64,000 nucleotides of DNA from an uncultured Acidobacteriota bacterium (GTDB lineage: Bacteria > Acidobacteriota > Thermoanaerobaculia > UBA5066 > Gp7-AA6). Positions within the stretch are counted from its first letter, which is position 1, and every line of letters begins with the position of its first letter. A program made the position numbers and the translations under genes. Location: contig CAVXTP010000013.1 in the NCBI GenBank assembly GCA_963764715.1, forward strand, positions 32,001-96,000, read 5' to 3'. The notes beneath the pieces were generated by a model. The model saw nothing but the letters and a program-made list of their open reading frames with translations, had not been told where the DNA came from and did not search any database. This document shows, piece by piece, positions 38,701 to 47,363 of the stretch.

Positions 38701-40305
38701 GACGTCGCGAGGCTGCGCGACGCGCTCGGCGTCGTTCCGCCGCCGGGCCTGCCCGAGGCGTTTCTCGAGCCGCTCGAGGACCCGTTGTCGGACCTGCTGT
38801 CGCGCTACGCGCGCACCCACGGTCCGTTCCGCCTCGAGGACGCGGCGGCGCGCTTCGGCCTCGCCGTGGGGATCGTGCGCCTGGCCCTCGACCGGCTCGC
38901 CGACTCCGGCCGTGTGCTCGAGGGCGATTTTCTTCCCGGCGGCTCCTCGCGCGAGTGGTGCGACGCGGGGGTGTTGCGGGCCATCAAGCGGCGCTCGCTC
39001 GCGAAGCTGCGGCGCGAGGTCGAGCCGGTCGAGCCGGCCGCGTTCGCCCGGTTCCTGGCGGAGTGGCAGGGCGTGGCGCGGCCGCGCGCGGGGCTCGAGG
39101 CGCTCCTTTCGGCGGTCGAGCAGCTCCAGGGCGCTCCCATCCCGGCCTCCGCGCTGGAGACCGAGGTTCTGCCGGCGCGGATCGAGCGGTATCGCCCCGC
39201 CGACCTCGACTTCCTGCTCGCCTCGGGCGAGATCGTCTGGCGGGGCCTCGAGCCGCTCGGCCCCTCCGACGGGCGCGTGGCGCTGTACCTGACGGACCGC
39301 GCGGCGCTCCTGGCGCCGGTCCCGGCGCCCGCCGAGGGCGAGCTCGCGGCGAAGGTGCGCGAGCTCCTGCGTGCGCGCGGCGCGCTCTTCTTCCCGGACC
39401 TGGCGGCCGAGACGGGCGCCTTCGCGGGCGACCTCGTCGAGGCCTTGTGGGACCTCGTCTGGGCGGCCGAGGTCTCGAACGACACGCTCGCGCCCCTGCG
39501 CTCGATGCTGCGCGGATCCCCGGCGAAGGCCGCCCGCCGGATCCGGGGCGGGCCCTTCCGCTCGCGGCGGCTCGGACCGCCGGGAAGCGAAGGGCGCTGG
39601 GCGCTCGTGCCCGGCTCGTCCCGGCGGACCGCGCCGACCGAGACGGAACGGCGGACCGCGCTCGTCCGCGTCCTGCTCGAGCGGCACGGCGTCGTGACGC
39701 GGGAGGCGGCCGCGGCGGAAGGGATCGTCGGCGGCTTCTCCTCCGTCTATCCGGTGCTCAAGGCGATGGAGGACCAGGGCCAGGTGCGCCGCGGCTATTT
39801 CGTGGCGGGCCTCGGTGCGACCCAGTTCGCTCTTCCGGGCGCGGACGACCGGCTGCGCGGCCAGCGCGAGGCCCCCGAGTCCGAGGACTCGCGGACCCTC
39901 GTGCTCGCCGCCACCGACCCGGCGAATCCCTGGGGCGCCGCGCTCGCCTGGCCCGCCGGGGCGGGGGAGGCGCGGCCACAGCGTGCGGCCGGGGCGCAGG
40001 TCGTCCTGCGGGACGGCGGCCTCCTCGCCTGGATCGGCCGCGCGGAGACGAACCTGCTGACGTTCCTTCCGGCCGAGGAGCCGGCCCGCAGCGCCGCGGC
40101 CCGGGACCTCGTGCAGGCGCTGGCGCGACTGGTCGAAACCGGCCGCCGGCGCGCCGTCCTGGTCGGGAAGGTGGACGGCCGCGACCCGCACGAGTCCCCG
40201 CTCGCGCCGCACATGTCCGACGCCGGGTTCTTCCTCGGATCGCGCGGCTACCTGAAACGGATGTCGCCGGCCGCGGACGGACGGCGCGCGCCGGCGGACG
40301 GCTGA
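35800..40305 (+). CDS. lhr: ATP-dependent helicase Lhr, long form with C-terminal winged-helix region
   Basis: APTGSGKT, SPLKAL, TTPES, DEIH, LSAT, HHGS, TLELGID, QRIGRAGH and GTIPDRG motifs; C-terminal VRRGYFV and ATDPANPWG; 1501 aa. Confidence 0.95.
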   Translation: MSRDPLSGFRAPVAQWFRASFAPPTGAQTKGWPPIQAGRSTLLLAPTGSGKTLAAFLAAIDRLMFSPEPGKKDRCRVLYVSPLKALAVDVERNLRVPIAGIAATSAGLGVAHRIPSVAIRSGDTPAAERARIARTPPDILITTPESLYLLLTSRAREALASVETVIVDEIHAIAASKRGAHLFLSLERLEELRERGRPLQRIGLSATQRPLEEIARLLGGGEIAGRRGTWTPRPVEIVDAGSRKVLELTVEVPVEDMAKLGEELDELPSGPASAGPTRRSIWPSIYPRLVELVRAHRSTMIFANSRRLAERLAGALNEAAGEEIALAHHGSISREKRLEIEDRLKRGQLPAIVATSTLELGIDMGAVDLVVQIEAPPSIASGLQRIGRAGHGVGEASRGILFPKYRGDLLAAAAATARMAEGKVEETTYPRNPLDVLAQQIVAIVATEPRRVDDLYRMVRRAAPFAELPRASFDGVLDMLSGRYPSDEFAELRPRVTWDRVGGEVRAREGARRVAVVNAGTIPDRGLYGVFLAGGDARRSLRVGELDEEMVFESQPGDVFVLGASSWRIDEITHDRVLVTPAPGLPGKMPFWHGDRPGRPTEFGAAIGELSRELSSAKGADAERRLRDAHGLDPRAATNLVAYLRDQREATGEVPSDRTLVVERYVDEIGDWRVCILSPWGARVHAPWATAVLARLKESSAADVEAIWSDDGMVFRIPESDEPPDVARFLPAADEVEDVVVRSLGQTSLFAARFRENAARALLLPRRHPGRRSPLWAQRKRAADLLAVASRYGSFPIILETYRECLRDVFDLPGLVEILRKIASRRIRIVTVDSRTPSPFAGSLLFSYVANFIYDGDAPLAERRAQALSVDQAQLKELLGEAELRELLDPDAIASLEASLQRLEGRRVRHADGVHDLLLSLGDLTEEEIRARSESPGEVRAWLETLAKGRRVVAVRIAGEARFAAAEDVARLRDALGVVPPPGLPEAFLEPLEDPLSDLLSRYARTHGPFRLEDAAARFGLAVGIVRLALDRLADSGRVLEGDFLPGGSSREWCDAGVLRAIKRRSLAKLRREVEPVEPAAFARFLAEWQGVARPRAGLEALLSAVEQLQGAPIPASALETEVLPARIERYRPADLDFLLASGEIVWRGLEPLGPSDGRVALYLTDRAALLAPVPAPAEGELAAKVRELLRARGALFFPDLAAETGAFAGDLVEALWDLVWAAEVSNDTLAPLRSMLRGSPAKAARRIRGGPFRSRRLGPPGSEGRWALVPGSSRRTAPTETERRTALVRVLLERHGVVTREAAAAEGIVGGFSSVYPVLKAMEDQGQVRRGYFVAGLGATQFALPGADDRLRGQREAPESEDSRTLVLAATDPANPWGAALAWPAGAGEARPQRAAGAQVVLRDGGLLAWIGRAETNLLTFLPAEEPARSAAARDLVQALARLVETGRRRAVLVGKVDGRDPHESPLAPHMSDAGFFLGSRGYLKRMSPAADGRRAPADG

Positions 40306-40306
40306 G

Positions 40307-40636
40307 ATGCCCGAAGGCGACACGATCTTCCGCGCCGCCCGCGGCCCGCGCGAAACCCGCCCGAGCCTGACGCGCGAGAGGACCTGGGTCTACGGCCGGA
40401 GCGGGAGGGCCTGCCGGCGTTGCGCAACGGCGATCCGCATGCGCCGGCAGGGAGTCGACGCCCGGTCCACGTACTGGTGCGCCGCGTGCCAGGCCGGCCG
40501 CGGCGAGAGCCCTAGGCTTTCGGCCGCGGCAGCGTCATCCCGGAGGACAGGAGCTTCGCGAACTCGGCGTCTTCCATGGGGCGGGCGAGGAAGAATCCCT
40601 GCCCGAATTCACAGGCCGTCTCGCGCAGGGCGCTGA
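40307..40636 (+). pseudogene. Fpg/Nei DNA glycosylase remnant with a large in-frame internal deletion
   Basis: MPEGDTIFRAAR N-terminus joined almost directly to the WVYGR...CRRC...YWCAACQ zinc finger (ends 40492); core and H2TH domains absent; the frame then runs into the convergent gene. Confidence 0.8.
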
Positions 40637-43271
40637 CCTGCTCGCGGTGCTCGATCCCCTCGGCCACCGTCGTCAGGCGCATGGCGCGGCCGAGGTCGAC
40701 GATGCCGCGGGCGAGCAGCGATAGGCCCAGATCGCTCGAGGATTCCTGAATGAACGAACGGTCGATCTTCAGGATGTCGACGGGCAGGTTCTGCAGGTAC
40801 GCGAGCGACGAGTAGCCCGTTCCGAAGTCGTCGATCGCCAGGCGCAGGCCGAGCTCCTTCAGCGAGCGCAGCCGCGGGATCATCGCCCGCGGGTCGACCA
40901 TGATGAGGCTCTCGGTCACCTCGAGCACCAGCCGGGCGGGCGGGAGTCCGGCCCGCGCGATCGCGGCCGCGACCTGCTCGACGACGTCGGGCTCCTGGAG
41001 CTGGCGCGAGGAAAGATTGACGCTGACGTGGGTCGTCGCCCCCGGCCCCGCGAGCTCGGCGATCCGGCGGCACGCCTCCTCGATGACCCAGAGGCCGATC
41101 GGAACGATCAGGCCGGTCTCCTCGGCGAGCGAGATGAATGCCCCGGGCGCCAGCAGCCCGCGGCGGGGATGGCGCCAGCGGACGAGGGCCTCGGCGCCGA
41201 CGATCGTCCCCGACGAGAGCTCGACGATGGGCTGGTAGTGAAGGACGAGCTGGTCTTCGGCGAGTGCGCGACGCAGATCGCTCTCGAGCTCCAGCCGCTC
41301 GATGACGGCCGCGCGCATCCCCGGCTCGAAGACTTCGAATCCGCCCTTGCCCTTTTCCTTGGCGATGTAGAGCGCCACGTCCGCGTTGCGGAGCAGCTCC
41401 CCGTCCGCATCGCCCGGAACGCCGACCGCGATGCCGGTCGAGGCCGACAGGAAGACCTCCTTGCCGAGGAGGGCGATCGGCTCCCGGAGGGCCGCGGCGA
41501 TCCGGTCGGCGACTTCGCGGGCGGTCGCGGCTCCGGCCGTGTCCTCGAGGAGGAGAGCGAACTCGTCGCCGCCCAGGCGCGCGGCCGTGTCGCCGGCCCG
41601 GATGCAGCCGAGGATCCGGCGCGCCACCTCGACGAGGACCTCGTCGCCGGCGACGTGCCCGAACGTGTCGTTGATCGCCTTGAAGTCGTCGAGGTCCAGC
41701 AACAGAACGGAGCAGGGCCGGCGGTCGCGCTGGCTGCGGGCCTGGGCATGGGCCACGCGGTCGGAGAGGAGCGAACGGTTGGCGAGCTTCGTGAGGGGAT
41801 CGTGGAATGCCTGGTGCGTCAGCTGGTTCTCGAGCGCCTTGCGGTCCTCGATGTCGCGGATCGTGAGCACGAGGCCCTGGATCGTCGGGTCCTCGAGCAG
41901 GTTCATCACGATCACCTCGGCGAAGAACCACTCCCCTCCGCGCCGCCGGAGGCGCCACTCGGCCGGCGCGGGCGCGCCCGGACGAGACGCGACTTCCGCA
42001 ACGATCGCGAGAGCGCGCGCCTGGTCCTCGGGGTGGAGCAGATCCGTCAGGCGGGTGCCGTCGAGCTCTTCGGGCCGGTATCCGAGGAGGCGTTCGACGG
42101 AGGGCGTCTGGTATCGGATCACCGTTTCGGGGGAGACGACCGCGATCATGTCGGAGGAGTTCTGGACGAGGGAGCGGAAGCGCGCCTCGCTCGCGCGGGC
42201 CGCGCTCTGCGCCGAGAGGCGCACGTTCTCCGACACCGCCATGTACTGGCGCACGAGGACGGCGGTCGTCAGGGCGATGGCCCCGAGAACGACGCCGAGC
42301 GAGGTCTGTTTCTGGGAAATGGCCGAAAAGAACAGCGTCCCGTAGCCGAGAACGACGGCGAGGTACGGAGCGAGGCTGATCGAGGGGCGCGTGGCATCCT
42401 CGGGCGCCGGCTGGGCGGCGGCCGGTCCGAGCCGGCGCTGCACCTCGGCGCTCGCGCCGAAGAACAGCCACGCCGCCATCGCGACGACGTCGAGGGTGCT
42501 GCCGCTGCGGTAGGCGGAGGTCAGGCTCATCACGCTCGAAACCGAGTCGTTGATGACCGTGACCATGAGGCCGGCCGTCAGCAGGAGGAACACGAGCCGG
42601 ACCGCGTCCGCCCGGCGCCGCGCCGCGATGACCGACATGCCGAAGAGAAGGATGAGGTCGCCCAGGGGATAGCCGATTCTCAGCACGACCTCCGAAAAGT
42701 CGGTGGCCTCGGTCGACACGAGCGGGGAGAGCAGCGCGGACCAGAGGAGCATGAGGCCGCCGAGAAAGACCGTCGCGACGTCCAGCCAGAACTGCCGGGC
42801 CTCCGCCCGCGTCTGCAGGAAGCGCGGAAACGAGAGAAGTCCCAGAAGAAGGGGCGGGTAGTACGCCACGTAGGCGATCTGGCTCGCGAGGTATCCGGGC
42901 CCGGACGTTCCGGCCTCGCGGAGAATCCACTGGGAGACGAACCAGAGCACGTCGCCCAGCCAGAAGAACACGAAAGCGACGGTCAGGAGGCGCCACGCGC
43001 GCGCGGTCGGGGCGTCGAGCCCCGGGACCCGGCTCGCCCGGAAGGCGAGCGCGGCGACGAGGAGGCCGACCGGCAGGAAGGTGACGTCGCTCGGGAAGGA
43101 GCGCGCCTCGTCGGTCAGCCCCGAGGTCAGGGTCCAGACGCTGTAGCCGACGCCGATGAGCGCGAGGAGCGCAAACGCCGCGCCGGACCGGCCGGAGCGT
43201 CGAGACGCCGGATCGCCGAGCGGTCCCGGAACCGGACCCGAAACGTCGGTCCTGATCGCCGCTCGACTCAC
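40512..43271 (-). CDS. Membrane-bound PAS-GGDEF-EAL diguanylate cyclase/phosphodiesterase
   Basis: Multi-TM N-terminus; PAS (RFRSLVQNSSD, LHPED); RxxD I-site (RAGD) with GGDEF; EAL and DDFGTGYSSL. Confidence 0.95.
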   Translation of the reverse strand: MSRAAIRTDVSGPVPGPLGDPASRRSGRSGAAFALLALIGVGYSVWTLTSGLTDEARSFPSDVTFLPVGLLVAALAFRASRVPGLDAPTARAWRLLTVAFVFFWLGDVLWFVSQWILREAGTSGPGYLASQIAYVAYYPPLLLGLLSFPRFLQTRAEARQFWLDVATVFLGGLMLLWSALLSPLVSTEATDFSEVVLRIGYPLGDLILLFGMSVIAARRRADAVRLVFLLLTAGLMVTVINDSVSSVMSLTSAYRSGSTLDVVAMAAWLFFGASAEVQRRLGPAAAQPAPEDATRPSISLAPYLAVVLGYGTLFFSAISQKQTSLGVVLGAIALTTAVLVRQYMAVSENVRLSAQSAARASEARFRSLVQNSSDMIAVVSPETVIRYQTPSVERLLGYRPEELDGTRLTDLLHPEDQARALAIVAEVASRPGAPAPAEWRLRRRGGEWFFAEVIVMNLLEDPTIQGLVLTIRDIEDRKALENQLTHQAFHDPLTKLANRSLLSDRVAHAQARSQRDRRPCSVLLLDLDDFKAINDTFGHVAGDEVLVEVARRILGCIRAGDTAARLGGDEFALLLEDTAGAATAREVADRIAAALREPIALLGKEVFLSASTGIAVGVPGDADGELLRNADVALYIAKEKGKGGFEVFEPGMRAAVIERLELESDLRRALAEDQLVLHYQPIVELSSGTIVGAEALVRWRHPRRGLLAPGAFISLAEETGLIVPIGLWVIEEACRRIAELAGPGATTHVSVNLSSRQLQEPDVVEQVAAAIARAGLPPARLVLEVTESLIMVDPRAMIPRLRSLKELGLRLAIDDFGTGYSSLAYLQNLPVDILKIDRSFIQESSSDLGLSLLARGIVDLGRAMRLTTVAEGIEHREQVSALRETACEFGQGFFLARPMEDAEFAKLLSSGMTLPRPKA

Positions 43272-43323
43272 CCGATCATTGTCGCCGATCGCCGGCCGGC
43301 TGCCGCACCCGATCGGCGCCGGG

Positions 43324-43572
43324 CTAGGTCTTTCGTGTTTTCCGGTAGATCCAGAGCACCAGGATCGCGCCGAGAAGCGCCCCGACGAAGCCCGCGGGCT
43401 CGCCTTCCTGGTACAGACCGAGCATCCGCCCGAGGAAGCCTCCGACGACGGCGCCGACGATGCCGAGCAGCGTGGTCACGATCCAGCCGCCGGGATCCTT
43501 GCCGGGCATGAGGAGCTTGGCGAGCGCGCCGACGATGAGGCCGAAGATGATCCAGCCGAGGATTCCGAACAT
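43324..43572 (-). CDS. GlsB/YeaQ/YmgE family stress response membrane protein
   Basis: WIIFGLIVGALAKLLMPGKDPGG; AAGGAGG SD. Confidence 0.92.
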   Translation of the reverse strand: MFGILGWIIFGLIVGALAKLLMPGKDPGGWIVTTLLGIVGAVVGGFLGRMLGLYQEGEPAGFVGALLGAILVLWIYRKTRKT

Positions 43573-43658
43573 GGCCTGCCTCCTTCGGAAGTTTCGACCG
43601 AGATGCTGCCGCGACGATACATCGTCCGCGCGAAAATGCTGCTAGGCTTCGGCGCAGC

Positions 43659-45878
43659 ATGAACCGCCGCACGAAGGGAATCCCCGCCCTCGGCCTGCTC
43701 GCGCTTCTCGGACCCTCGATCCTGTTCGGCCAGACGGTCCCGGCTCCGGCCCCGCCGCCGCGTCCGAAGATCGGCCTCGCTCTCGGAGGCGGCGGCGCGC
43801 GCGGCATGGCGCACATCGGCGTCATCCGGATGCTCGAGGAGCTGCACATCCCGATCGACTACGTCGCCGGCACGAGCATGGGCTCGATCATCGGGGGCCT
43901 CTACTCCTGCGGCTTCACTCCCGACCAGATGGAGAAGGTCATCCAGGCGATCAACTGGGGGACGCTCTTCGAGGACGCGCCGGAGCGCGCGCAGCAGTCC
44001 TTCCGCCAGAAGGAGGACGATTTCGACCACCTGATCCCGCTCGAGTTCGGCCTGAACCTCAAGAAGGGCGGTCTCGTTCTGCCGCCGGGTCTCGTCGCGG
44101 GCAGCAAGCTCGGTTTCGTACTTCAGAGCGTGACGCTCCCGTGCTCGACCATCTCCAACTTCGACGACTATCGCATTCCGTTCCGTGCCGTCGCGACCGA
44201 CATCCAGACGGGTCAGCCCTACGTGATGTCGAAAGGAAACCTCGCACGCGTCATGCGGGCGAGCATGGCGATCCCGGCGATCTTCACGCCGGGGGAGATC
44301 GACGGCCACGTGCTGATCGACGGCGGCGAGTCCGAGAACCTTCCCGTCCAGACCGTCAAGGCCATGGGCGCCGACATCGTGATCGCGGTCAACGTCGGCT
44401 CCTCCGGCGCGGAGATCGCCGAGGCGCCGACCAACGTCGGCGGGATGATCAGCCGGCTCATCGACCTTCCCCTCCAGCAGAACACGATGGCGTCGGCCAG
44501 GCTCGCGACGATCGTGATCACGCCGAACCTCGAGGGGTACACCTCCGCCGACTTCCTCAAGGGGCCGGCGATGATCCCCCTCGGCTACAAGGCGGCGGAA
44601 GCCCAGCGGGACAAGCTCGCGGCCTGGTCGGAGCCCGAGAGCGTCTTTCGCGCCTGGAAACAGGGCCACGACGCCCCGCTGGCGCCGCTGCCGTACATCG
44701 ACGAGGTCATCGTCGAGCCCGTGCCCGACGTCGATTCGAGGCGCATCTCCTATCTCGTCGAGACGAAGGCCGGCCGGATCCTCGACACGAAGGTCCTCGG
44801 GAGCGATCTGAAGCGGATCTACGCGATGGGGATCTTCGAGATCGTCAGCTACTCGATCACATCGGAGGACCGGAAGAACGTCCTGCGGATCAAGGCGACG
44901 CCGAAGTCGTGGGGGCCGACGTACCTGAAGCTGGGACTCGCCCTCGGCACGGACTTCCAGTACACGACCGAGTTCGGGGTCGTCGCGCTCGTGGACGCGA
45001 CGGAGCTCAATAGGCTCGGCGGCCAGTGGAAGACGACGTTCACGATCGGGAGCCCCCTCGAGGTCAAGTCGCGCTTCTACCAGCCGCTCAGCTACCGCGG
45101 GCACCTCTTCGCGTCTCCGTACGGGGCGTGGCGCCAGCAGAACGCGCAGGTCTTTCTCGACCAGGTCGCGGTCGGCACCTATCAGGTCTCGCGCGGCGCC
45201 GTGGGCTTCGATCTCGGCTACGACTTCGGGACGTGGGGAGAGGCGCGCGTGGGTTACGTGCGGGCGTTCGGGAAGGGCACGCGCAAGGTCGGCGACCCCA
45301 TTTTCCCCAACCTGACCTGGGACGAAGGCGCGTTCGCCACCAACTTCACCGTCGACCAGATCGACAACGTGAACCTGCCGCACGCGGGCTACCTCGGCCG
45401 GGTGGAATACATCGCCAACCGCGAGAGCCTCGGGGGCACGACGTCCTACGACCGCCTCGAGGCCGGCCTGATCGGCGTGCAGACGATCGGGCGCTGGACG
45501 GGCCTCGCCAGGATCGGGGGCGGCAGCGGCCTGAGCACGAACATCCCGTTCTACGACCAGTTCTTCCTGGGCGGCCTCTTCCGCCTGTCGGGGCGGCCCA
45601 CGGGACAGCTCACGGGAAACGCCTACGGGCTCGGGGCGTTCCTGCTGTACTACCGGCTCAACGAGACGGCCGGGCTCGTCCTCAAGAACCTGTCGGTGGG
45701 CGTCTCGATCGAAACCGGAAGAACGTGGCTCTACCAGGAGCCGATGACGTTCCAGGGCTTCAAGCTGGCCGGCAGCGTTTACGTCATCGCCGACACGATC
45801 CTCGGGCCCCTCTTCGTCGGCTACGGCCACTCCGGAAGCAACAACTCCGCCTACCTGACGCTGAACCGAAGTTTCTAG
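43659..45878 (+). CDS. Patatin-like phospholipase fused to POTRA and Omp85-like beta-barrel (PlpD-like)
   Basis: Signal peptide; GGGARG, GTSMG and DGG motifs; C-terminal barrel strands ending in F. Confidence 0.9.
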   Translation: MNRRTKGIPALGLLALLGPSILFGQTVPAPAPPPRPKIGLALGGGGARGMAHIGVIRMLEELHIPIDYVAGTSMGSIIGGLYSCGFTPDQMEKVIQAINWGTLFEDAPERAQQSFRQKEDDFDHLIPLEFGLNLKKGGLVLPPGLVAGSKLGFVLQSVTLPCSTISNFDDYRIPFRAVATDIQTGQPYVMSKGNLARVMRASMAIPAIFTPGEIDGHVLIDGGESENLPVQTVKAMGADIVIAVNVGSSGAEIAEAPTNVGGMISRLIDLPLQQNTMASARLATIVITPNLEGYTSADFLKGPAMIPLGYKAAEAQRDKLAAWSEPESVFRAWKQGHDAPLAPLPYIDEVIVEPVPDVDSRRISYLVETKAGRILDTKVLGSDLKRIYAMGIFEIVSYSITSEDRKNVLRIKATPKSWGPTYLKLGLALGTDFQYTTEFGVVALVDATELNRLGGQWKTTFTIGSPLEVKSRFYQPLSYRGHLFASPYGAWRQQNAQVFLDQVAVGTYQVSRGAVGFDLGYDFGTWGEARVGYVRAFGKGTRKVGDPIFPNLTWDEGAFATNFTVDQIDNVNLPHAGYLGRVEYIANRESLGGTTSYDRLEAGLIGVQTIGRWTGLARIGGGSGLSTNIPFYDQFFLGGLFRLSGRPTGQLTGNAYGLGAFLLYYRLNETAGLVLKNLSVGVSIETGRTWLYQEPMTFQGFKLAGSVYVIADTILGPLFVGYGHSGSNNSAYLTLNRSF

Positions 45879-45966
45879 GGTCAGGTCTTCATTTTTCGGA
45901 TTCCGGTTCTGGCAAGGCTCGAGGTCGAGCCTGGCCGGGTTCTCGAAAAAGTGAAGACCTGACCCC
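45878..45966. repeat. Palindromic REP/REPIN-like element, family A, copy 2
   Basis: GGGTCAGGTCTTCATTTTTCG ... CGAAAAAGTGAAGACCTGACCCC; inner AGGCTCGA-gg-TCGAGCCT. Confidence 0.88.
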
Positions 45967-47350
45967 TTACCCGGTTCAATCCGTCCAGCCCCGCCACCTT
46001 GTAGGCCTCGGCCATGGTCGGGTAGTTGAAGACGGCGTCGCGGAAGTAGTCGAGGGTGCCGCCGAAGGCGAGCACCGCCTGCCCGATGTGGATGATCTCG
46101 GTGGCGCGCTCTCCGAAGATGTGGACGCCGAGGAGCTTCCGGCTCTTCGGGTCGAAGAGCAGCTTCAGCATTCCCGCCTCGACGCCGAGCATCTGGCCCT
46201 TGGCGAGCTCGTCGAAGCGCGACAGGCCGATCTCGTAAGGCACTTTCGCCGCGGTCAGCTCCTGCTCGGTCTTGCCGACCATCGAGATCTCGGGAATCGT
46301 GTAGATGCCGTAGGGGACCGCCTCGGGCCGGCTGTCGCAGGACGCGCCGAACATGTGGCAGCTGGCGAGCCGTCCCTGCTCCATCGAGGTCGAGGCGAGC
46401 GCCGGGAATCCGATGACGTCGCCGGCGGCGTAGATGTGCGGAACGGCCGTCTGAAAGTGCTCGTTGACCTTGATCCGGCCGCGGTCGTCGGCGGTCAGGC
46501 CCGCGGCCGAGAGGTTCATGAGGTCGGCGTTCGTCTGCCGGCCGACCGTGTAGAGCAGCGACGCGCCGTGGACCTCCTTGCCGCTCTCGAGGGACGCCAC
46601 GACGCGGTCCTTCGCGTCGCGGCCGACCGAGACGACCTTCTCGCCGAGGCGGAACGTCGCGCCGCGCTGGCGCATGAAGTACATGAGGGCCTCGATCATC
46701 TCGGCGTCGACGAAATCGAGGATCGTCGGGCGCGCCTCGATGACCGTCACCTTGATGCCCAGCGCGGTGACCATCGAGGCGTATTCGAGGCCGATGACTC
46801 CGGCGCCCACGACGATGAGGTCGCGCGGCAGCTCCGTTCCCTGGAGGAGCTGGTCCGAGTCGATGACGCGCTTGCCGTCGAGCGGCACCGTGGGGTTGTG
46901 CGCCGGCCGGGTCCCGCAGGCGATCAGGATGTGGTCCGCCCGCAGGAGGGCCGGGCCCTCGAGCGACGCGACCTCGATGGTGTGCGGGTCGACGAAGCGC
47001 GCCGCGCCGTGCACGGTCGCGACGTGATTGCGCGCGAGCTGCGCCCGGACGACCTCCATCTCCTTCGCGAGGACCTTCTGCACGCGGAAGGCGAGGTCGG
47101 CGACGGTGATCTCGCGGTTGACCGCGTAATCCTTGCCGTAGAAGCTCTTCTCCCGGAACCCGCTCAAGTACATGATCGCTTCGCGGAGCGTCTTCGACGG
47201 GATGGTGCCGGTATGGAGGCAGACGCCCCCGACCATCTCTTTGCGGTCGATCACGGCGGCCTTCTTGCCGAGCTTGGCGGCGGCGATCGAGGCCTTCTGG
47301 CCGGCCGGGCCCGAGCCGATGACGACGAGGTCGTAGACGGCAGGTTCCAT
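45881..47350 (-). CDS. sthA: Soluble pyridine nucleotide transhydrogenase
   Basis: GSGPAG, GGVCLHTGTIPSK (single Cys), GAGVIGLEY, YAAGDVIGFPALAS and FNYPTMAEAYK motifs; C-terminus extends through the repeat. Confidence 0.93.
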   Translation of the reverse strand: MEPAVYDLVVIGSGPAGQKASIAAAKLGKKAAVIDRKEMVGGVCLHTGTIPSKTLREAIMYLSGFREKSFYGKDYAVNREITVADLAFRVQKVLAKEMEVVRAQLARNHVATVHGAARFVDPHTIEVASLEGPALLRADHILIACGTRPAHNPTVPLDGKRVIDSDQLLQGTELPRDLIVVGAGVIGLEYASMVTALGIKVTVIEARPTILDFVDAEMIEALMYFMRQRGATFRLGEKVVSVGRDAKDRVVASLESGKEVHGASLLYTVGRQTNADLMNLSAAGLTADDRGRIKVNEHFQTAVPHIYAAGDVIGFPALASTSMEQGRLASCHMFGASCDSRPEAVPYGIYTIPEISMVGKTEQELTAAKVPYEIGLSRFDELAKGQMLGVEAGMLKLLFDPKSRKLLGVHIFGERATEIIHIGQAVLAFGGTLDYFRDAVFNYPTMAEAYKVAGLDGLNRVRGQVFTFSRTRPGSTSSLARTGIRKMKT

Positions 47351-47363
47351 GGCGATCAGCTTC

